Of a DNA stretch of 64,000 nucleotides, positions 54,762-64,000 are shown piece by piece (positions within the stretch are counted from its first letter, which is position 1; each line of letters starts with the position of its first letter). The stretch covers positions 5,766,001 through 5,830,000 of the forward strand of contig OZ193910.1 of the NCBI GenBank assembly GCA_964276515.1, written 5' to 3'. Origin of the DNA: Gordius albopunctatus (Eukaryota). The notes under the pieces were generated by a model that saw only the letters and a program-made list of their open reading frames with translations, was not told where the DNA came from and made no database searches. A program made the translations under genes and the position numbers.

Positions 54762-57700
54762 TTCTTCTTCTTCTTCTTTCTATGACTGCTTGTCACCTAG
54801 GCTGGTGGTCAGTCCTTTCAGCATTCGTTTCCATTTGTTTCTATGTTTACATAGATCTTTCTTTATCTTGTGGACTTTCATATCATGCCGTATTTTATGA
54901 ATCCAGGTTAGCTTGGGTCTTCCTCTTCTTCGTTTTCCTGCGATATTTATCATCTCGATTTTCTTTCCTACGTAGCTATCGTCCCTTCTTTCTACATGGT
55001 CATACCATCTTAGTCTATTTGTTAGGAGCTTTGTCGCAATTGATGTAGTACCCAAAATTCTTCTTATTTCTTTATTTCGCCCTAGTCCTTTTTGCTTACT
55101 CCTAGCACCCATCTTAGCATTCTCATCTCCATGGCTGCAAGACGTTGCTCTTCTTTTTACGTATAGCCCATGATTCCGAGCTATACAGGACTGTTGGCTG
55201 TATGATGGATTTATACAGTGCGCCTTTTAGTTTTCTCGGGATTTTTTTGTCGCACAGAACACCTGTCAGGTCCCTCCACTTGAGCCATCCGGAATTTATT
55301 CTTGCTTGGATTTCTTTATCCATTCCGCCATCCGATTGAAGTGTTGATCCTAAATATTTGAAGGAATCCTGGCTTGTAAGTTGCCAATCGCCTAAACTAA
55401 GGGATGCACTTTGCTGGTTTTCATCTGATTTAAACTTTGTCTTCATGTATTCTGTTTTCTTTCTATTTACCCTGAGACCACTTTCTTCTATTGCATTTAC
55501 CCATCTATTTACAGTGTTAGCCAATTCTTGTTCGCTTTTGGCACAGAGGATTATATCGTCTGCAAAGATCATTGCCCAAGGAGCTTCCTCACCCAAATCC
55601 TTGGTAATATTATCCATTATCATTATGAATAGGAAGGGACTAAGAGCTGAACCTTGATGAACTCCAGTGTTGATGGCAAAGCCTTTTGTAGTCCCCACCG
55701 TTGTTCTAACGTACGTTCTATTTCCCTTGTAAATATCTTTTATTGCTCTGACGTATACTTGTGGCACATTGTTTTCTTCAAGACATTTTCAAACTAAATT
55801 ACGAGGTACTTTATCAAAAACATTTTCAAGATCGATGAAACACATGTACAAATCCTCTTCCCTTTCTTTAAACCGTTCCATGAATCTTCCAACACTGTTT
55901 AGGGCGTCTGCTGTAGACCTCTCCGCATAAATCCGAATCGGTTATCTCGAATTTGAACCAAACTCCGAAGCCGTTTTCGATCACTTTCTCCCACACCTTT
56001 AAAGTGTGACTCATAAGCTTTATCCCTCTGTAATTGTTGCAATCCTGAATGTCCCATTTCATCTTGTATATCGGGATCATGTAGCTATCCCTCCACTCGT
56101 TAGCCATTACACCCGTTTTTAAGATATTGTTGAAAAGGTTGGCGAGGAATTGAGTATTGCCTAACGCTTTGAAGCCTTCTATCGGTATATTGTCGGGTCC
56201 AAGAGCTTTTCCTGACTTTAGTTTACTCATAGCAACTTTCACTTCCGTTTCCGTGATCCAGTCCGCTGTTTTTAATTCTCCTATTGTATTTTCCTGGTTA
56301 GTGTCTTCGGCTACAGGCCCCTTTTCAATTGATAAATTGCTATAATAGTCGTATCATCTTTGTAGTATATGGCTGTCGTGTGTTAGTATTTCTCCCTTTT
56401 GACCCTTAATTAGCCGGCATTCTAGGTAATCTTTAGAATTTCGGGCCCTTGACTTTGCGATTTTGTAGATCAATCTTTCTCCTTCCTTTGAGTTTAGTTT
56501 TACATTTATATCGTCTTACACCTTGTTTTTAGCTTTCGCTACGAATTTTTTAGCCGATCTTTTAGCTACTTGGTAAGCTTGCTTATCCTTACTTTTATAC
56601 CAAAATTTGTACAATCTCTTCTTTTGCTTGATACATTTTTGCACTTCTTCATTCCACCACCACGTTTCCTTGAGAATTCTTTTATTGAGCTTGCTTTCAC
56701 CTAGTATTTGTCGTCCTGCTTTTCGCATTGTGGCAGCTATACCATTCCATTGATTCTCACATGAAGTATTTCCCTTAAATTCAGCATGTTTAATTACTTG
56801 TTCCTGAAAATGTTGAATATTATCCTTTAGTTTCCTCCATTGTATAGTAGCGGCTACTCTTTGTACCTTCTGCCCTTTAAGGCTCTTTAATATAAAGTCC
56901 ATCACCAACAGCTTGTGTTGGCAGGCCAATATTTCACTCGGTATTACCTTAAAATTTTGAACATACTTTAAGTGTGCTCTGTTGACTAGAAAGAAATCTG
57001 TCTGAGTGGTACGGCTGCCGCTTTTGTACGTTATAAGATGTTCCTGTCTCTTTTTGAAGAAGGTATTTCCTATAGCTAGGTCAAAAGCTTGAGCAATTTC
57101 TAGAATTTCCGTACCTCCTTCATTTCTTAGGCCGTAACCCCGACCACCGTGATTTCTTTCAAATCATCCCCCTGATTATCCCACGTGACCATTGAGGTCC
57201 GCTCCGATAATTATTATTCCTTCTTTACCGAATTGGGATAGAACATCTTCAAGCTCCTTCCAAAAAGACTCTTTTTCCGTCTCAGAGCATCCACTTTGAG
57301 GGGCGTATGCTGATATAACGTTTATCGTAGTAGATTTATAACAAAACTGTATCGCCATAATTCTGTCATTAATTCTCTTAACGTCGGCGACAGTTTGCTG
57401 AAATTCTTCCGATAGCACTATACCGACGCCATTTCGGTGATTTTCTGTACCGTAAAAATATAATTTGTATCCGTCCCCTATGTATTTTGCTTTTTGGCCC
57501 TTCCATTTGGTCTCTTGTATACACGCGATATCGATTTTTCTCCTCCTTAGAACGCCTGCCAATTCTCTGCTCTTGCTAGTCATTGTACCAATATTCCATG
57601 ACCCAAACTTTATCCTACGCAAACTAATGTCTTTAACCGATTCCGTTTGTTGAGAGAGCGGTAGCCTTCGTTTATTTCCCACACATTCCAGGCGAAGAAT

Positions 57701-57820
57701 GCGCGCGTCGCTTAAGGGGGACGCCCTATGGTTTTCATTCTGCGTCTTTGTTGTAGTATACATTTTGGTTTATATGGAATGAGGGAGTATTGATATCCCG
57801 GCCTTCCAAGCCTGACGGAA
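54762..57820 (-). mobile_element. RTE retrotransposon, near full length, second (divergent) family
   Basis: GSWNIGTM, ACIQETKW, SAYAPQ, GADLNGHVG, NYRGIKLMSH, GVHQGSALSP, FADD, RLRWY; (GAA)n tail; stops and frameshifts. Confidence 0.96.
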
Positions 57821-58918
57821 CTATGTTAGATTTTGGCGCTTGACTACCTACTATTCTTTATGATGCAGCCATTTTGGTGAATTAAACTTTTCTTTCGACA
57901 ACTCGTATTGATAGGCTTAATCTAGCATTTGAATTTCACAAAGTACTCCCTCAAAAAGCCCAGAAATTTTAGTCTGACCCTTCACCAAGAACCTTGCCAA
58001 TAGGGTGACCCCACCAGTAACAAACATAAAAATTGTGTTTGGCTACCAAAGGTATAGCTTCTTGGATCACGAGAGTACACAAGCTCAACCACCACTAAAA
58101 GGTATTTCTGGCTCGGTTGAGAATGATATACGTTTAACAGGTGCAATATAATTTTAGTTTTATAATAGGTCTTGGTTAAATTCCTTTTACATACCATATC
58201 CCTCAATGAATTCTTCACATATAGTGTTTTTAGTATGTGTAGTTAGAGAATACTTCCCTTCAAGTACACTATTTATAGTTTATAAGGTCCTGGAGCAACT
58301 CCTATTCTACATCTAATCATAGCACAATTATCAAAGCATAAAACATAATAGCTCACAGAAATGAATAAAAAGTCTTGAAAATATAATTCCTAAAGAAATA
58401 AATAGATTAAAGGAAAACGAACCACTTAATGTATCCATCTTGTTAATTTGTTTATCCTACAAAAAAGTCATTTTAAGCATTTCAATATTATAATAGGTTG
58501 TTGATTTATATCATATTTAAAGAAATTCCTGTTCAGTTAGAATTAACATCATTTTTATTATTTCTTATACGCTGTATTTGGATAAAATTTTAAAAAATGT
58601 TTTGCTAGATAACATGGGTGTATAAATTTTTGATATATGTAGTTTATGGATTTAAATTAAAATCATGACAGATTCAGCAAGGTCAAATAAATATTTAAAA
58701 TGCTAGCCATAAGACAATTCATTTGCTTGAGCATAACAATTTAAGCTTTTTATAAGATCTCAATATATGATGCAAGTTTGATAAATTTTTTAAATAAATT
58801 ACAAACCAAAATATGATGTAGGTCATTTCAATAGGCCTTATTAAAACTTCATATTTTATTGCAAACCATAATGTGATGTATGTTATATAGGCATACTTAT
58901 GCTAATTTTTATATATAC

Positions 58919-61266
58919 CAGAGACCAGATTGCCTGGCCCGTGTGCCGGGTCAGGCCGGTCAACTGTCCTAAATTTGTATTTTCGGGTGGGCCCGGGCGG
59001 GCAGCACGAAGATAAGATTCGGGAAATTCGGGCTTAATAAGATTTTTTAAATAGTGTATTATTTTGTTACTTTTTATTTTATTGCATATTAAAATGCTAA
59101 AAAAGTTAGGAAACTTTATTTAGCCATCACAAAGTTTCTCCAATTAACTTTATTATTTCCTTATTATTCGTCGCTTTCGCTAAGTTACTACTTATTTTCA
59201 TGATAAAAAATTTCTATAGCTTTCTTTTTTTGCTTTAAGTTAAAAGAATTATCCATAAATTGCATTTAAATTCTATTGATAAATTATTGTCTTTTTATCA
59301 AAAAAGTAAGTTTTAACAGCACAGATTGACTAATTTAACTAATTTTATTCATTAAGAAGTTTATTTATGGGCAGGGTTAACTCAAAAGGGGAGTATATTT
59401 TGGTTATTGGAATATTATTTATTAAATATGTAAACTTTAAAGTTAATTAAAAAATTTTTACATAAATATTTTCATGGACTTGTTTTATTAAATATGCCAT
59501 TAATTTAATACTTATTTTTTAATTGTGGGTGAAAGAATTTGAGATCGCAAAATTTCGGGCCTAACAGGCAAATTTAATATTTCGGGCCGGGCAGTTCGGG
59601 CAGCTTTAATGTTTCTGGCGGGCCCCAGCGGGCACCTAGAAGTAGAGAACTGCAGTCACTTTTTTCAACCCGAACCCGACCCGAAAACATTTTCAAATTT
59701 TCTAGCCGGACCCGACCCGACCCGAAATCATTTTCAAATTTTCTACCCGAACCCGACCCGAAATCATTTTTAAATTTTCTACCCGAACCCGACCCGACCC
59801 GAAAAATTATTAAAACAAATTACTTTCGAGCGCGAAAATTGCGGTGTAAAATTAAATCGACAAATAAAAGTACTATTAATGAAATGACTCATTTATTTAA
59901 ATATTTTTATGTTACTTTATGAATATTTATTTATGTAATTTAAATACAATTTGAATATGATTGTTATAGATGATTAGAATAAACATTTTACACTTGTATA
60001 TCATGCATTATTTTAATTATTTAAGACTTAAAAAGTTATGAATGCTAAAAAATATACCAATAGAATACAAACAAATAGTTTAACTATTAATAAAAAAATT
60101 TCTATAAAGATTATATTATTATAAAACTGCTATTTTAATTCTTACCTCCTTCAGATCTTTTGCTATAACACAATGTAAAATTATATATAAAGTTCTTCAT
60201 GATGATTTGTATTCTTTGAAGGGGATGGTGAAAAAAAACTCATATTTATTTATCTATATTTAGTTTCCTAAAGTAAACTGCCTCATATGTTATAGACTTG
60301 AGACAACTATTTAACATCCATTTATTGTTATTATGAAACCATTATTATATAGCTGATTATAATCCTTATAGTAAATGAAATTTATAGTAACTGTTCAAAT
60401 GTTTTAAGTTTGAAGTGCAATTTAAGATATTATAAAAAAAATTTATATCATTATATAACAAACTAATATATATTTACTAATTTATACTATCTAATATTAA
60501 GTTAAATACTCATGTGTTATAGATTTTAGAGGCAACTATTTAATATCAAATCATTGTTAAGATATATTGTCTTAGGGTAAAATATCTCACATCCACATGA
60601 TTTAAAATATTTTATAAATAAACAAGTTATCATACCGTATTAATTAAAATTATAACTTACTTTTAAGTTATCTTTGAATATGTATTAAATGTAATTTAAA
60701 TTAATGATGAGGAGTAGCTAAATCTTCACGATTAACACTAAAAAAAATTTAAAATATAACTTTATTGAAATAATTTACCTTTTAATAGTCAAATTAAAAA
60801 CAGGAGTAATTTATGTAGTTTTAATTAGTGATGAGAATCAGCTAGCACTTCAGAGTTCGGAGTTTTAAAATTTAAAAAAAGAGGAAATCCAACCCCCTGG
60901 CGAAATGGACAGCTGGCAAAAAGTCATAAAAGTTGCAAAATAGTATGCTTATTTATATATATATCAAATATATGATTTATATATACAATTTATATTATAT
61001 TTTTTGTTAGAAAAAATAGGTCTCGTGTGTTTTTTACAATGTATAAACTTGGACCCGACTCTAAAAATTTGACCCGACCCGAAAGCATTTAAAAATTTTC
61101 AACCCTAACCCGACTTGAAAGCATTTTCAAATTTTCTACCCGACCTCGGGTCGGGTCTCGGGTCACCTGTGCAGTTCTCTACCTAGAAGGTTCGGGCGGG
61201 CAATGAAGTTAAAAAATTTAACCGGGCCGGGTTCGGGCATAAAATTCCTAACAAATCTGACCTCTG
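58919..61266. mobile_element. Complete hAT MITE (CAGAG-TIR family)
   Basis: TIR CAGAGACCAGATT / AATCTGACCTCTG; perfect 8-bp TSD ATATATAC. Confidence 0.92.
59643..61181. mobile_element. Nested non-autonomous hAT element (ACCCG repeats)
   Basis: Perfect 12-bp TIR TAGAGAACTGCA; perfect 8-bp TSD CCTAGAAG. Confidence 0.93.
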
Positions 61267-61309
61267 ATATATACTATAAATACTAGCTAAAATACTAAAT
61301 AGATAATAC

Positions 61310-62762
61310 CATGGGTAGTGTTTCGATCTCGTCTCGTCTCGGGAGCGATTATGAAAATCTCGTCTCGGTCTAGAAAAATCTTGATCTCGTCTCGTCTCGA
61401 CTTTTTAAAAAAATATATATTGAATAAAAATTTCTCCTGTTTTATTAAAAATATTAAAAAAGTGTTAAAAAATCCAAATGGAAATTTTTTATATTTTTCA
61501 AGAAACTTTAATACACAAATTTTTCAAAGATTTAGCGGGACACGACATCTCATTGACAATATAAAGATTTAAATTAATTCATAAATATAAAATTTTCTAT
61601 GGAAAGTGCAGACTAAAAGACTATAAATAAATTTTAAGTATAGAAAATTAAATGTGAATGTTCTAGCAAATTATAACAATTGTATCAAATTCACTTTTTT
61701 GTCAACTATAAATAGACTTAATAATACGTTCGCTTATAGTTGACTTAGTTGCATAATTGAACAAATTGAGACCCTTTGTTAATCCTGGGTAAAGCTTCTT
61801 AATTGAATAAGTCTATTGTTACTATAATCAATTATAAGTGTTTATTGCATGTTTACTATAGCGTTATAAACCATAAAGTGCGAGTGACTTTTAATGATAA
61901 TATTATTATTTACAGAATTGATAACTAGATGCACATATCAAAACGTTGTAAAAACCCATAAATTGCATAGCAATTAACAACAATAAAAATAGCATTATTA
62001 TAGGATTAAGAAGATAAGGTTTTAAACTGTAAATTGCCTTATTTAAATTTATGACAGAAATCATTATAATAAAATTTATATTCCAAATAATTACCTTACA
62101 ATTCCAACTAACTTTGCCATTAAATAGTTATTTATCGAATACAGTATAGGTTCGTGTATTTATTTTATATTTCACAATTATGGAAATATAATAAATGTAA
62201 ATGCACCTGCCAACCCAGCGTATAATGTGAAAAGTAATGCATATAACAAAACTATGTATTCACATAATGTCTTATTAAAATTCAAAAAATTGGGAGGTAT
62301 ACTATTAGTTGAAGCATAAAAACTTTAAAAAAATATTTAATCTATTACGGTATCATTTAATACTCTATTGTACTTTTGAAATCGTTAGGCGGGTGCTCAA
62401 AAATCTACACCCACTTATTCAAACTGATTGACTACCAATTTATAATTACCGCATTATGCAGGATGAGTAACTGCAAAATATAAATATGCTTTAGTAATAT
62501 TTACTATTCCATTAGAACTCATTCTAAGCCTAAAATTTCTTTAATATTTAATAGTGCTATGGATACAAATAGGTGATAAAGATATTATAAAATTATTAAC
62601 ATACCCTATGGATCAACCTTACGGGACCGAGATTTTTCTCGTTTTTTTCGCATCACTAACCATGGGCCAATGACAAAAAAATAATTCAATACAAAAACCT
62701 TTAGAAATTAAAAAAATTTATGTTTTGCCCCCCCCCCAATCCAAAACCTGGTTACGCTCATG
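61310..62762. mobile_element. Small CATGG-family MITE interrupted in its left TIR
   Basis: CATGGG...GTTACGCTCATG with TSD GATAATAC/GATAGTAC (7/8). Confidence 0.7.
61316..62658. mobile_element. Complete non-autonomous hAT element (CGAGA-repeat family)
   Basis: TIR TAGTGTTTCGA / TCGCATCACTA; perfect 8-bp TSD ACCATGGG. Confidence 0.92.
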
Positions 62763-63082
62763 GATAGTACAAAATAAGGGCTGAAATAAAGAAAATACTC
62801 AATTTTTTATGGTATATTGTGACTAATATTTGTAAAAATTATAAAAACGTCAACAAAACTGTAATATTATCCCCTATTTTTTTCAAGTAATATTCAATAA
62901 CCAAAGACATGTAAATGTCGCAATAATATATATATTGATAGATAAGCAAGCTCTAGGCAAACTCATTGAGTCATATAGAAACATATAAATTCAGGATCAT
63001 TAAATGTTTACTAAACTATAATATTTTGTATTGCGGATGTGATAGCATGTATTAAAATACGTATATTACCAATGATACATAA

Positions 63083-64000
63083 TTCGGACGCGAACTCCTC
63101 GCAATATACTTAGCGATCAAACATTTTAGACATATTTTAGAAGGACGCGTTTTTATAATATACACCGATCATAAACCACTGATTTATGCGTTTGACGCGA
63201 AACCTGATCGTTATTCCGCCCGAGAAACGCGACATCTGGATTTAATATATCAATTTTCTACCGATATACGATATATTAAAGGAGAAAGCAATACGATAGC
63301 TGACACTTTATCTCGTATCGAGGTAGATTCAATCCAACTTTCAAAGATGCCGGACATTGTGGATCTCGCGTCAAATCAAAACATTACAGAAATACAAAAG
63401 AGTCTACAAAATACTTCATTCAATTTACATAAAATGCCTATCCCCGCTTCTGATAAACGAGTCCTTTGCGACGTTAAGACTGGCAAGCCAAGACCAGTTA
63501 TACCCTGGCAACTTCGCCGAAAAATATTCGACCATTTTCATGGAATTTCACACCCTGGCATTCGTGCAAAAAGTAAAATGATTTCGAAATTATATGTTTG
63601 GCCTTCTATGAATCAAGACATCAAGAAATGGGCCAAATGCTGTTTAAATTGCCAGAAAAATAAAGTTTACAGACACACTGTAACGACACCGGGTACTTTC
63701 GCAGAACCTGATGCACGATTTTCTCATATACATATCGATATAGTAGGACCTCTACCTCCATCTAATGTTTTTCCATATATTTTAACTGCAGCGGATTGTT
63801 TTTCGAGATGGCCCATGGCCGTTCCACTAAAACAAACGTCCACAGAGGAAATCGCCAGTAAACTAATCAAGAGATGGGTTGCTAATTATGGAGTCCCTAG
63901 TACGATCACTACAGATAGAGGCTCCCAATTCCAGTCTAACCTATTCAAAAAATTATCTAACATTCTAGGATGTGAGCACATTAACACCACAGCATACCAT
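63083..64000 (+). mobile_element. Gypsy RNase H-integrase, open frame running off the window end
   Basis: FGRELLAIYLAIKHFRH...TDHKPL...ADTLSR...HGISHPG...CLNCQKNK...HIDIVGPLP...TTDRGSQFQS...TTAYH. Confidence 0.95.

Noticed and set aside
57830..58460. Possible coding region (ORF 57982-58218)
   Set aside because: No recognisable motifs in any frame I read; probably decayed repeat sequence.

Overview
This is AT-rich eukaryotic (metazoan-type) nuclear DNA with many very short GT-AG introns (about 33-55 nt); the taxon cannot be determined from the sequence alone. Four host genes can be spliced by hand: Acinus (1191-6821 +), DNAJB12/14 (16616-25234 +), alpha-tubulin (33444-34944 -) and MRPL49 (46516-47262 +). 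Much of the rest is decayed, often nested mobile DNA: three RTE LINEs, several Gypsy fragments and LTRs, a CRE-type fragment, a Harbinger, many hAT elements/MITEs with readable 8-bp TSDs, a Helitron and a Helentron-type element with a tandem array. The best candidate for something new is a fragment at 37864-38629 (-): an RNase H ending in NPADYPSR (hepadnavirus-like), followed by TATA boxes and two perfect 14-bp direct repeats, with no tyrosine recombinase. Other leads are a sharp CpG-depleted zone in the 5' part of the host genes, a degenerate U6-like sequence in an Acinus intron, tRNA-like cassettes inside the Helentron, and a four-layer transposon nest in one intron. All homology calls come from motif recognition by eye; no searches were run.
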